Below the pieces are notes generated by a model. That model was not told the DNA's origin and did not search any database. It worked only from the letters and a program-made list of their open reading frames with translations. A stretch of 34,862 bases of DNA from positions 1-34,862 of the forward strand of contig CALXWF010000009.1 in assembly GCA_944392285.1 (NCBI GenBank), in the 5' to 3' direction. Origin of the DNA: an uncultured Alphaproteobacteria bacterium. GTDB taxonomy: Bacteria; Pseudomonadota; Alphaproteobacteria; RF32; CAG-239. The translations under genes were made by a program, and so were the position numbers. Shown here piece after piece: positions 18,790 through 27,544 of this stretch. How positions within the stretch are numbered: position 1 is the first letter of the stretch; each line of letters begins with the position of its first letter.

Positions 18790-21219
18790 TTATAACTTTT
18801 TGCGTTTCCCCGTTTTTTTAGGTTTTATCGGCGCTTCATCCGAAGCAACATGCAAGACTTGCTGCGGGAAAGGTATCTCAATATGTTCAGCCGCAAAGCG
18901 TAAATAAATCGCCGTACGCAAGTCACTGGCCAGACTTAAACCATTTAAAATATCCGAAGTATAACATCTGAGCTCAAAGTCTAAGCTCGAATCGCCAAAA
19001 TTGCTAAATATTACATAAGGTGCCGGCTTTTTCAAAACACGCTTATGATCCTCTGCAACAGATAATAATATCTCTTTTACTTTTTCTATATCACTATCAT
19101 AAGCCACGCCGACTTTTATCTCTATACGCCCCCACTTGTCATCATGGGTTAAGTTTGTGACAGTGTTGGAAAGCAAGTCTGCATTCGGAATTATTACACT
19201 GGCTTTCTTCCAGGTTTCTATCTCGGTGGCGCGAATGTTGATTTGCTTAACAATTCCCTCTTCGCCGTTCACAACAACCCAATCTCCTACTTTTATCGGG
19301 CGCTCAAACAGCAAGATAATGCCGGAAACAAAATTGTTAACAATATTTTGCAAGCCAAGACCAATACCTAAGGATAAGGCACCGGCTATCAATGCAAGGT
19401 TCGTAAGATTTACGCCCATTACAGCTACTGCCAACAATGCCGCTACTATTATGCCTAAAAAACCAAAGCCTGATGCCAGAGAATGACGCGTGCCGTCATC
19501 CATATCCATTTTTGATAAGACATTGTTCATTAAGCGCTGTCTTAGGGCGCGGACAATGCCCAAACCAATGAAAAAGACTATGACTCCGGCCACAATCGCC
19601 AATAAAGAGATGTTGACCCCGCCAACCTTAAAACCAAATAATAACTTGTATAACATTTGGCGTAAGATGTCTGTTGAAACGCCCCATAAGCTCAAAATAC
19701 CAAATAAAGCTCCGACAATTAATAACGGATCAATGATTAACCCTGACCAAAAATCTATTTTTATTAAAACACGGCGACGCATTTTAAATGTCTTTGTCCA
19801 GAAACGCAGCAATAATAAACGATGCAAAACCTCATCTATTGATTTTCTTAAAATGACAAAGATTCCTAAAATGATGCATGTTATGATAAAATTATCCAAA
19901 ATATAAGCTGATAAATACGGATAGCCGAGCGGTGCCGCCATGAAAGCACCTACCGCAAATACCGACATGAAAAACATTACCTTAAATGCAAAGTCTGCTT
20001 GCGTATTTTCTTCTTCATCTTCTTCGGTTTCTTCTGCAAGAGTTTCATCTTCATCTTTGCTCGGCAAACCATCCCATAAAATGCGTTTGGTAATTAAAAT
20101 AATACAAAAGGCTTTTACTCCACATGCCAAAGTCGTTAAATATGATAACAGATTTTCTTCATATCCTGCAACTTTGGCAATATGGAGGAAAAACTCGGCA
20201 ATACCAATCAGAAAAACACTGTAATATAAGGCCCAAGCAATGTGTTTGGCTTTTTCATCATTTACGTTTACCAGACGCCAAGCCGGATTATACGGCGCCA
20301 AAACTACTCGTGCTACGGCTTTGGCTAAAATAACCAACAATAAATAAAATAAAAAGCTGTTTACAATAATTCCAAAAAAGCCCGATGTCATAATCTTGGT
20401 ACTGGTCATCCAGAGCAAGAAGCCGCCGATAATTGAGGCCGGTATCACCCCATAGGCAATGGCAACGGCAATGGCGGCCATAACCTTTTTGCCATAGCGC
20501 GGGTGCTCTATCTCTTTATTATAACCGAAATGGCGCATAATCCATAAGCGCAAAAAGATACCAAGCCACAAAGCAACCAAAACAATTAAGACAAACGGCA
20601 GCAAATTGGCCCGAACATAATCCGTTCCGGCTTTGTCCAGATTTTGATACCATGTGATGGGAGATTTTATTATATCATAGGCAAATTCTACAAAGAGCTT
20701 GGTGTCCGCATATAGCGTCGATGGATAGAAAAGTGAATCTTCCTGGAGTAAAATGTTTTGCAACAAGGCTTGATTACGCGTGTTTAAGATTAATATCTCT
20801 ACCTCATCGAGCTTGGCCAACAAGACATCTGCTTCGGCAACTTTCCCTCGTTCAAGCACAAGTTCATTTGTAAATTCTTTACGCTTCTGGGCAATAACCG
20901 GCAACTCTTTCTCGCCGTCTTGAGGTTCTTCTCCTAAAGCCTCTATGCGCTTTTCAACAAACTTCAGCTCTTGCTCTATCTCTTTTTTTACGACCAAAAG
21001 CGAGGCTCTCGTTTCCCCTATATAACTGACGGCTTCTGAAATTTGATCCGGCGTTAATTTGCCTTTTTTAAGCAACTTTTCTATATTTGATAATTTTTTG
21101 CTTATGGAAGGATAATTAACGTCAGCTGTCGTCGTGCCTACCCCTTCGGCTCGTAAATTTGTCGGAAAGAAAACAACACATAGAGCCAAAAACGCCAAAA
21201 TCTGAATCAGTTTACGCAT
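18790..21219 (-). CDS. Large mechanosensitive ion channel, MscK/MscM (KefA-like) family
   Basis: This 809-aa ORF has a signal peptide, a periplasmic coiled-coil domain and about 10 TM helices. Its C-terminal MscS core includes the pore helix and beta domain (GLGLQNIVNNFVSGIILLFERPIKVGDWV). Confidence 0.88.
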   Translation of the reverse strand: MRKLIQILAFLALCVVFFPTNLRAEGVGTTTADVNYPSISKKLSNIEKLLKKGKLTPDQISEAVSYIGETRASLLVVKKEIEQELKFVEKRIEALGEEPQDGEKELPVIAQKRKEFTNELVLERGKVAEADVLLAKLDEVEILILNTRNQALLQNILLQEDSLFYPSTLYADTKLFVEFAYDIIKSPITWYQNLDKAGTDYVRANLLPFVLIVLVALWLGIFLRLWIMRHFGYNKEIEHPRYGKKVMAAIAVAIAYGVIPASIIGGFLLWMTSTKIMTSGFFGIIVNSFLFYLLLVILAKAVARVVLAPYNPAWRLVNVNDEKAKHIAWALYYSVFLIGIAEFFLHIAKVAGYEENLLSYLTTLACGVKAFCIILITKRILWDGLPSKDEDETLAEETEEDEEENTQADFAFKVMFFMSVFAVGAFMAAPLGYPYLSAYILDNFIITCIILGIFVILRKSIDEVLHRLLLLRFWTKTFKMRRRVLIKIDFWSGLIIDPLLIVGALFGILSLWGVSTDILRQMLYKLLFGFKVGGVNISLLAIVAGVIVFFIGLGIVRALRQRLMNNVLSKMDMDDGTRHSLASGFGFLGIIVAALLAVAVMGVNLTNLALIAGALSLGIGLGLQNIVNNFVSGIILLFERPIKVGDWVVVNGEEGIVKQINIRATEIETWKKASVIIPNADLLSNTVTNLTHDDKWGRIEIKVGVAYDSDIEKVKEILLSVAEDHKRVLKKPAPYVIFSNFGDSSLDFELRCYTSDILNGLSLASDLRTAIYLRFAAEHIEIPFPQQVLHVASDEAPIKPKKTGKRKKL

Positions 21220-21237
21220 TGTCTTCCTCCCGTTTTC

Positions 21238-22242
21238 TTACTTTTTGAGCAATTTTTTTACTAAATTAAACACGTTTTTGGCTGTACCGGCACGCAAGTT
21301 GTCTGAAACGCTCCAAAAACTTATGCCATTGTCGGCCGAAGCATCTTGACGCAGGCGGCTGATGTAAATGTCATCTTCCCCTTGAACATCTGTCAGGCTG
21401 ACGTAACCGCCATGAACTTGCTTGTCAAAGACAACTATGCCTTTGGTCTTTTGTAACAAGTTTTTAACATCGGCGACATCAACATCTTGCTCACACTCAA
21501 TATTAACATATTGGGCACTGCCGATAAATGCCGGAACAACGGCGCAATTAGCATGAACTTTTACATTTGCGCCCAAAATCTTTTTGCTTTCAACATTTAA
21601 GACCCATTCGGCGGCAGTTTCTTCTCCGATAAATTCACCAACCTGAGGAATAATGTTAAAGGCAATTTGCTTGCCAAAAACTTTTTGATCATCGGCCAAG
21701 GTGTCATTCATATAAATTTTGCGGGTTTGCGAAAAAAGCTCATCCATCGCATCTTTTCCGTAGACCGAAGTTGAGGTATAAGTTGAGCAGATAATGCGGC
21801 GGACTTTATATTGGGCATGAATCTTTTGCAACGGCAATAATAATTGTGTTGCCTCGGGAGATGGCACGGAAACCAACCCCTTTTTAGATGTTTCCAAAGC
21901 ATCATCATTAATCCCGAACAAAACCATCGGAACATCCGAATCTGACATATAGGCATCAGAACAATCTATAACTTTGGTTTTTGCGGCTAAAGCTGCCGGT
22001 ATATATTTTTTAGAAACCGGAGCCGGTGTGGCAAAAACGGCAATGTCTATGCCGTTGAAATTATAATCGTCTAAGTTAAAAACGTCTAAATCCGTATCTT
22101 CACCATAAGAAACCTGTGTTCCCATGGGGGCTTTGTGATCTAATGCGACCAAATTTTTGGCAGAAAAGCCATCAGCTTCCAGAAAGCTTAATATCTCTCG
22201 TCCGGTGGAATCTAACACACCGACTACCGCTAATTTTTTCAT
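21238..22242 (-). CDS. Aspartate-semialdehyde dehydrogenase-like protein lacking the canonical catalytic Cys and His
   Basis: This 334-aa ORF is colinear with Asd/USG-1 family proteins. The active-site segment reads SVPSPEATQLL where Asd has ANPNCSTIQ. The His segment reads VPAFIGSAQYVNIE where Asd has VPVFxGHSxAVNVE. Confidence 0.75.
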   Translation of the reverse strand: MKKLAVVGVLDSTGREILSFLEADGFSAKNLVALDHKAPMGTQVSYGEDTDLDVFNLDDYNFNGIDIAVFATPAPVSKKYIPAALAAKTKVIDCSDAYMSDSDVPMVLFGINDDALETSKKGLVSVPSPEATQLLLPLQKIHAQYKVRRIICSTYTSTSVYGKDAMDELFSQTRKIYMNDTLADDQKVFGKQIAFNIIPQVGEFIGEETAAEWVLNVESKKILGANVKVHANCAVVPAFIGSAQYVNIECEQDVDVADVKNLLQKTKGIVVFDKQVHGGYVSLTDVQGEDDIYISRLRQDASADNGISFWSVSDNLRAGTAKNVFNLVKKLLKK

Positions 22243-22327
22243 TTGCTTTTTCCTTTGTTATAAATCTTTTCTATAAAGTAATAACAAATCTTTAAGATTG
22301 CAACTGAAATTAACGATTATTTACCGT

Positions 22328-23269
22328 TTATGAGCGCGATGCAATAATTCCTTGCAGCAGAGTCAAAATCTTGCTGCCGGTTTTGGTCTTGAAACGTTTT
22401 TCATTGCGCCTTCTTGCCTCTTTTTCCGCTATTTCTTTGGCGTGGGCAGCATAATAACGTGCTTTTTGCGCACGCCGCGCTTCCGGATTGTTTTTTACCC
22501 ATTCTTTGTTTTGACTTAGGCGTTTTTCACGGTTTTTCATGTAGTTTTCGTGCGAGTTTTCTTTTACCTTATCTTTATTTTCTTGACGCCACTCTTGAGC
22601 CTTTTTTAGTAAAACTTCTTTATGATTTTCATAATAGCGTTTTTTTATCTCAGCAATATTCTCTTTGCGGTTTTGACGATAAAGCCGCAAACATTCTTTT
22701 AATTCTTCAGGATGTTCTTTTCGCCATTTTTGGCATCTTAGTTTATATTCTTCTTTATGCGCTTGATAATAGCGCCGTTTGCGTTCCTCAATTTTTTCTT
22801 TTTGCGCCGTTCTTATCTTCTTCAGTTCTGAGAAAATCAGCTCTGAATTCATTTTTAAAGACCTGGCTTTCCTCGCTTTTACATATTGCAGACGATTAAG
22901 CGCCTCCAGACGTCTGACACTTATACTAAAAGGCAGCTTCTTTTGTAATAACGGCATAAAGGAAAAAGGCAAAAGCGCCTTATTATTTATAACATCTGAA
23001 AAATCTTTAGATGACATAAATTTATCAATTTGATTTTTCTTTAAAAAATCCTCTGCCCCTATGTCACCTTGACTTTCGTCCGCATACCATGCGCATAATA
23101 TCTCCGGCATGGACAATAACTGGTGCGCCTCTGTTCCCTCAAAAAAAACAACACCATCAAAATAATCATTAATCACCGCGTTGCTCATGCTTATAAACAA
23201 CCCATTGTCATATTCGGCAAAGAGCTCTAAAACTTCTTGGGCAATATCGTCTTTTTCTGTTTGATACAT
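22328..23269 (-). CDS. Hypothetical protein with a basic C-terminal half built of RYYxxHKE-type repeats
   Basis: This 313-aa ORF carries three copies of (K/R)RYYxxH(K/A)KE spaced about 46-60 aa apart, with W(R/V)(K/Q)(E/N) sub-repeats (RRYYQAHKEE, KRYYENHKEV, ARYYAAHAKE). The N-terminal ~165 aa are unrelated and acidic. Confidence 0.65.
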   Translation of the reverse strand: MYQTEKDDIAQEVLELFAEYDNGLFISMSNAVINDYFDGVVFFEGTEAHQLLSMPEILCAWYADESQGDIGAEDFLKKNQIDKFMSSKDFSDVINNKALLPFSFMPLLQKKLPFSISVRRLEALNRLQYVKARKARSLKMNSELIFSELKKIRTAQKEKIEERKRRYYQAHKEEYKLRCQKWRKEHPEELKECLRLYRQNRKENIAEIKKRYYENHKEVLLKKAQEWRQENKDKVKENSHENYMKNREKRLSQNKEWVKNNPEARRAQKARYYAAHAKEIAEKEARRRNEKRFKTKTGSKILTLLQGIIASRS

Positions 23270-23285
23270 GTTATTTTTCTTTGAA

Positions 23286-23320
23286 ATAAAAAAGCCGGAG
23301 CGATTGCGCTGCTCCGGCTC
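23286..23320 (-). terminator. Intrinsic terminator of the ffh-rpsP-rimM-trmD-rplS operon
   Basis: On the minus strand, AGCCGGAGC-loop-GCTCCGGCT (23293-23301 / 23311-23319) is followed by TTTTTTATTT. Confidence 0.65.
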
Positions 23321-23340
23321 AGATTTTTGGAAAAAGAAAA

Positions 23341-23727
23341 TTATTCTTCCTCTTTTGCCTTTGCAGCTGCAGCCAAATCATCGGCAATACGAGCTGAACG
23401 GCCGCGCAAAGCACGCAAGAAATACAATTTTGCACGACGTACTTTACCGATACGAGCAACTTCAATCTTGGCAACATTCGGTGAATATAACGGGAATACA
23501 CGCTCTACACCTTCACCGAAAGAAATTTTTCTAACCGTGAAAGAAGAGTTTAAGCCGTCATTTTTACGCGCAATGCAAACACCTTCATATACCTGAATAC
23601 GTTCGCGGTCGCCTTCTTTAACCTTGGTGTGAACTTTTAAAGTGTCACCGGGTTTGAAATCAGGAAGATCTTTACCTTCCATGAGCTTTGACATTTGCTC
23701 TTTTTCAATGTTCTCAATAATGTTCAT
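23341..23727 (-). CDS. rplS: 50S ribosomal protein L19
   Basis: This 128-aa ORF has the conserved core [35 protein letters not shown]. Confidence 0.95.
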   Translation of the reverse strand: MNIIENIEKEQMSKLMEGKDLPDFKPGDTLKVHTKVKEGDRERIQVYEGVCIARKNDGLNSSFTVRKISFGEGVERVFPLYSPNVAKIEVARIGKVRRAKLYFLRALRGRSARIADDLAAAAKAKEEE

Positions 23728-23766
23728 CAGTTTTACCCTTTGTAAAAAATTTTCTTATCTATATAC

Positions 23767-24456
23767 CTAAACCCGTTTAGAATCAAGATATTTTTTCCAT
23801 AAATCAGGTCGTCTCTGTTTTGTTATTTCTTCCGAGCGTTCTTGCCGCCATTTTGCAATATTGCGATGATGACCGCTCATCAATACATCCGGAACCGCCA
23901 TACCTTCCCATATTTGCGGTTTGGTATATTGCGGATGCTCTAAAAGCCCTTCTTCAAAGCTTTCCTCTTTGGTCGAATCACTATTTCCTAAAACACCCGG
24001 TAACAGCCTTATAACAGCATCAAGCATAATTTGTGCCGCCTGCTCGCCACCGGTTAAGATATAGTCACCGATACTTATGTCCTCAACTTGATATTTGTCC
24101 AATACCCGTTGGTCTATTCCCTCAAATCGACTGCAAATGACCGTCAGCTCTTCTTCTTGCGCCAGAGCTTTTACCAACTCTTGCGTCAAAGGCTTGCCGC
24201 GCGGTGACATGTTTATTAACCGCCCCCCTTTATAGTGGGCTTTTAATGCATGGTCCAATACGTCGGGCCTCATAACCATTCCGGCTCCGCCTCCGGTCGG
24301 CGTGTCATCTACGGAACCATGCTTATCAAATGCATAGTCTCTGATATCAACCGCCTCAAGCGACCATTTGCCCTCTGCCAAGGCACGCCCGGTTAAGGAT
24401 ATTCCCAAAAAGCCCGGAAACATCTCCGGAAAAATGGTTAATACCTTAACCTTCAT
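23767..24456 (-). CDS. trmD: tRNA (guanine37-N1)-methyltransferase
   Basis: From ATG 24456 (MKVKVLTIFPEMFPGFL) it shows the TrmD knot motifs (DDTPTGGGAGMVM, RFEGIDQRV, SIGDYILTGGE). It overlaps the rimM stop by 11 nt. Confidence 0.93.
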   Translation of the reverse strand: MKVKVLTIFPEMFPGFLGISLTGRALAEGKWSLEAVDIRDYAFDKHGSVDDTPTGGGAGMVMRPDVLDHALKAHYKGGRLINMSPRGKPLTQELVKALAQEEELTVICSRFEGIDQRVLDKYQVEDISIGDYILTGGEQAAQIMLDAVIRLLPGVLGNSDSTKEESFEEGLLEHPQYTKPQIWEGMAVPDVLMSGHHRNIAKWRQERSEEITKQRRPDLWKKYLDSKRV

Positions 24457-24988
24457 CTTCAGCCTCATCATCCGGGGCAAAGTTTAAGGAAACAGATTCG
24501 ACAATAATATAGCCGTCTTTAAGGTTTATCTCAGGAACGTAAGATTTTGTAAAAGGAAGCAACTCTGTCGCTTTGCACGCTTTGGGCTTAATCTCCAGCA
24601 AATCACCGGCACCAAAATTGTACATTCCGACAACCTTACCTGCAACAGAACCATCTGCAAGTCTGACTTCCAGGCCGATTAAATCCGCCTGATAAAATTC
24701 ATCCTTGCCTTCAAGCTCGGGCAATACTTCACGCTTGGCATAAAACCTTGTCCCGATTAAACTTTCTGCTTTGGTTCGGTCGTCAATCCCTTTAATCTTG
24801 ACCCTTAATAATTCCTTTGAGTGTCCGTTGACTTTGAGTTCAAATTGCTTCGTGCCTTCCTCATTTTCTAAGGGGCCGTATGTGTCTATGTCTTCGGCAT
24901 ATTCGGTGAAACTTTTTACCTTTACCTCACCTTTTATGCCATGGACACCGACTATTGCACCTAAGCATATTCTCTTCTCTTGCGTCAT
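24446..24988 (-). CDS. rimM: Ribosome maturation factor RimM
   Basis: This 180-aa ORF has the N-terminal motif GAIVGVHGIKGEVKVKSFT and a PRC-barrel C-terminal half. It sits in the canonical position between rpsP and trmD. Confidence 0.9.
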   Translation of the reverse strand: MTQEKRICLGAIVGVHGIKGEVKVKSFTEYAEDIDTYGPLENEEGTKQFELKVNGHSKELLRVKIKGIDDRTKAESLIGTRFYAKREVLPELEGKDEFYQADLIGLEVRLADGSVAGKVVGMYNFGAGDLLEIKPKACKATELLPFTKSYVPEINLKDGYIIVESVSLNFAPDDEAEDEG

Positions 24989-25042
24989 CTATCACCCTTT
25001 GTCGGCTAACATAAAAAATAACAAAACGTCTTAAACCGAAAT

Positions 25043-25435
25043 TTATTCGGCAGATCCCTCTTCAGCAGCAGGAGCAGCAGCGGCTTCGGCAGCAGCGGCA
25101 GCTTTAGCGGCTTTCTCATTTGCTCTTTCAACAGCTTTGGCTTTGGGAGCTGATTTTTTGGGCTGTTCATGAATTTTCGGCGCAGCACAAAGACCTAATT
25201 GTGAAAGCATTTTTTGCATTCTTTCAGTCGGCAAAGCACCGTTTGACAACCAATATTTTACTCTTTCTTCATTGATCAAGAAGCGGTCGGCATGATCTTT
25301 GGGCAACATCGGATTATAGGTTCCGAGTTTTTCCAAGAATTTACCGTCGCGAGGTGATCTTTGATCTGCAGCTACAACACGATAAAACGGACGTTTTTTG
25401 GATCCGCCGCGTGATAGTCTGATACGTACTGCCAT
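25043..25435 (-). CDS. rpsP: 30S ribosomal protein S16 with Ala/Lys-rich C-terminal extension
   Basis: The ORF starts with the S16 core [31 protein letters not shown]. About 45 aa of low-complexity tail follow ([19 protein letters not shown]). Confidence 0.95.
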   Translation of the reverse strand: MAVRIRLSRGGSKKRPFYRVVAADQRSPRDGKFLEKLGTYNPMLPKDHADRFLINEERVKYWLSNGALPTERMQKMLSQLGLCAAPKIHEQPKKSAPKAKAVERANEKAAKAAAAAEAAAAPAAEEGSAE

Positions 25436-25488
25436 TTTTTTATCCTTCCTTTATAAGTTAGATTAATGTTAAAATCTCCGCCTTATGG

Positions 25489-26883
25489 CTAAAACGGAAA
25501 CCTTTTTCCCATGCCGCCAAGCAGATTATTCATCCCGCCTAACGGACTTTTTTGCATAAATCGGGATGCCAGAGCGCCCATGCCGCCCATCTTTCCCATT
25601 CTCTTCATCATCGTTGACATCTGCTCATATGATTTCAGCAGCTTGTTAACTTCATGAACTTCTACCCCAGAACCGGCCGCAATGCGCTTTTTGCGCGAGG
25701 CCTTTATAATGTCCGGATTTCTTCTCTCGGCTTTGGTCATGGATAAAATTATTGCCTCTTGCTTTTTAACCAAACCATCACCGCCGGCTTGCTCAATTTG
25801 ATCCTTGAACTTGGAAAGGCCCGGCATCATCCCGATTAAACTTCCCAAACTCCCAAGTTTTTGCATTTGACGCAACTGCGCAAGCATATCTTCCAAATCA
25901 AACTTGCCTTTGAGCATCTTTTGCGCCATCTTCTCGGCTTCTTCATGGTCAACTTTTTCTATGGCTTTTTCAACCAGAGAAACAACGTCGCCCTGCCCTA
26001 AAATTCTGCCGGCCAAACGGTCCGGGTGAAAAACTTCTATCTCTTCAAGTTTTTCGCCGGTTCCCAAAAACTTTATCGGCACGCCTGAGACCATCTTCAT
26101 CGACAATGCCGCACCGGCACGCGAAGAGCCGTCTATTCTGGTTAAGACAATACCCGTAATGCCGACCTTTTCATTAAACTCTTTGGCTACCGTACAAGCA
26201 TCTTGCCCCATCATGGCATCTGCCAAAAGCAATGTTTCTATCGGCGCGGCTATTTTCTTAACCTCAATGAGCTCATCCATTAATGTCTCATCAATATGCA
26301 AACGCCCGGCCGAATCGAGAATAATAACATCATACCCGCCCTTGCGCGCAACATCTAAGGCTCGGCGTGTCGTTTGGGCCGGTTTTTCTTCTTTGATAAT
26401 CGGCAAAGAAGTCACCCCAATTCTGCCTGCCAATTGCGCCAATTGTTCTTGCGCCGCCGGACGATAAATATCTAATGATACCAATAATACTTTTTTCTTT
26501 TGCTTCTCTTTTAACAACTTGGCTATTTTGGCCGAAGTCGTCGTCTTGCCCGAGCCTTGAAGACCTACCATTAAAATAACGGCAGGCGGCGTCGTGTGCA
26601 AATTTAACTCACTGTTGTCTGCCCCTAAAACCTTAACCAACTCATCATGGACAATCTTTACAACCATCTGCCCAGGTTGGATGGAACGAACAACTTTCTC
26701 GCCTAAGGCCTGTTCTTTAACCGCCGCAATAAAACTCTTTACAACCGGCAGTGAAACATCAGCTTCCAATAAAGCTACGCGAATCTCACGCATCGCCTCG
26801 TCAATGTCTTTTTCATTTAATACCCCGCGTGAGGTAATTTTGGCAAAGACGGAACCTAATTTATCACTTAATGTTTCAAACAT
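25489..26883 (-). CDS. ffh: Signal recognition particle protein Ffh
   Basis: This 464-aa ORF has an N domain, the G-domain motifs GLQGSGKTTT, DSAGRLH and LTRIDG, and a Met-rich M domain (MMKRMGKMGGMG). Confidence 0.95.
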   Translation of the reverse strand: MFETLSDKLGSVFAKITSRGVLNEKDIDEAMREIRVALLEADVSLPVVKSFIAAVKEQALGEKVVRSIQPGQMVVKIVHDELVKVLGADNSELNLHTTPPAVILMVGLQGSGKTTTSAKIAKLLKEKQKKKVLLVSLDIYRPAAQEQLAQLAGRIGVTSLPIIKEEKPAQTTRRALDVARKGGYDVIILDSAGRLHIDETLMDELIEVKKIAAPIETLLLADAMMGQDACTVAKEFNEKVGITGIVLTRIDGSSRAGAALSMKMVSGVPIKFLGTGEKLEEIEVFHPDRLAGRILGQGDVVSLVEKAIEKVDHEEAEKMAQKMLKGKFDLEDMLAQLRQMQKLGSLGSLIGMMPGLSKFKDQIEQAGGDGLVKKQEAIILSMTKAERRNPDIIKASRKKRIAAGSGVEVHEVNKLLKSYEQMSTMMKRMGKMGGMGALASRFMQKSPLGGMNNLLGGMGKRFPF

Positions 26884-26888
26884 CCCTT

Positions 26889-26910
26889 GTACCTACAAAC
26901 TATTGCACGC
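26889..26910. repeat. Proximal copy of a 22-nt direct repeat (GTACCTACAAACTATTGCACGC), 5 nt upstream of the ffh start codon
   Basis: 19 of 19 nt are identical (CCTACAAACTATTGCACGC) to 26990-27008. Weaker similarity extends into the first ffh codons (GTTTCAAA). Confidence 0.8.
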
Positions 26911-26986
26911 AGGAGACGGCCTGAGCGATCACCCACAGCACACTGCCCCGAAGCCGCGTTGCTCTTTCATACCGGTTTCAAAACAA

Positions 26987-27008
26987 GTGCCTACAAACTA
27001 TTGCACGC
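26987..27008. repeat. Distal copy of the 22-nt direct repeat (GTGCCTACAAACTATTGCACGC)
   Basis: It lies 98 bp from the proximal copy in the same orientation. It is followed on the ffh-sense strand by CTTGTTTTGAAAC, which resembles the ffh start region GGGATGTTTGAAAC. Confidence 0.8.
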
Positions 27009-27100
27009 CAGTGTGCGAACCCTCGCTGACTGGCGGCACGCCTCGGCGTGTTATAAGTTTTGCTCTTTTATCAAATGAAAAATCATCCGATTTTTGCTGT

Positions 27101-27129
27101 TTTATAGCCACAATTTTGCCAAAAGTCAA
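27101..27129 (-). promoter_or_regulatory. Candidate sigma70-type promoter of the ffh operon
   Basis: On the minus strand, TTGACT (27124-27129) is followed by a 17-nt spacer and TATAAA (27101-27106). Confidence 0.45.
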
Positions 27130-27207
27130 GCTTAAAATCCTATGTTTTCATGTTTTATGTTCTTAAAAATTTTTATGAATAAAAAATATTGACAGTTTTA
27201 GACAAAT

Positions 27208-27236
27208 TTGATAATTTGCCCTTACTTTATTATAAT
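27208..27236 (+). promoter_or_regulatory. Near-consensus sigma70-type promoter for the small-ORF unit
   Basis: TTGATA (27208-27213) is followed by a 17-nt spacer and TATAAT (27231-27236). A second TTGACA lies at 27189-27194. Confidence 0.45.
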
Positions 27237-27264
27237 TATGCTAATCATTAAAAAAAATATATAT

Positions 27265-27417
27265 ATGGAAAATTGCGATATAATATTTGTTGTGCTCTTG
27301 TCGCTTATGCCGGCATTGGCCAACTTAGCTTTATTCCTTTTTGTCGTTTTACTCATTATTGAAAGACTTGTGTCTTGGTTTGAGGCGATAAAAAGATGGA
27401 TTCTTTTGTTAAACTAA
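27265..27417 (+). CDS. Candidate 50-aa hydrophobic peptide (MENCDIIFVVLLSLMPALANLALFLFVVLLIIERLVSWFEAIKRWILLLN)
   Basis: This is the first ATG after the predicted promoter. It has one or two predicted TM segments. There is no Shine-Dalgarno motif, only an A-rich leader AAAAAATATATAT-ATGGAAA. Confidence 0.35.
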   Translation: MENCDIIFVVLLSLMPALANLALFLFVVLLIIERLVSWFEAIKRWILLLN

Positions 27418-27430
27418 AACAAAAAATATT

Positions 27431-27544
27431 ATGGAAACCGGAAAACTTTTGGTTATTGCAATTATTGCCATAGCTGCGGTCGCGGTTATTGCCTTAGGCA
27501 TTTGGGGATTAGTACATCCTAACCCTAAAGATCCGATCGAATAA
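27431..27544 (+). CDS. Candidate 37-aa single-TM peptide (METGKLLVIAIIAIAAVAVIALGIWGLVHPNPKDPIE)
   Basis: It is too short for the ORF track. Its start context (AAAAAATATT-ATGGAAA) is the same as for the upstream small ORF. A strong terminator lies about 90 nt downstream. Confidence 0.35.
   Translation: METGKLLVIAIIAIAAVAVIALGIWGLVHPNPKDPIE

Larger units (their letters stand above)
26884..27093 (-). promoter_or_regulatory. Long GC-rich 5' leader of ffh with internal direct repeat and competing helices
   Basis: This is the region between the predicted promoter (27101-27129) and the ffh ATG. It contains the 22-nt repeats listed separately, helix 27006-27012 / 27029-27035, and an overlapping alternative 8-bp pairing of 27009-27016 with 26938-26945. 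Confidence 0.4.

Noticed and set aside
26889-27008. CRISPR-like array, suggested by the 98-bp-spaced direct repeats
   Set aside because: There are only two copies. The repeat overlaps the ffh initiation region, and no cas genes or further repeats are present.
26884-27093. SRP (4.5S) RNA or an SRP-RNA mimic adjacent to ffh
   Set aside because: The conserved domain IV elements are absent on both strands (GGAA tetraloop with flanking AGCA/GGAAG symmetric-loop motif).
26887-27166. Plus-strand ORFs 26887-27078 and the tail of 26594-27166 in the ffh leader
   Set aside because: They are antisense to ffh and its leader, lie in GC-rich repeat sequence and have no start context.
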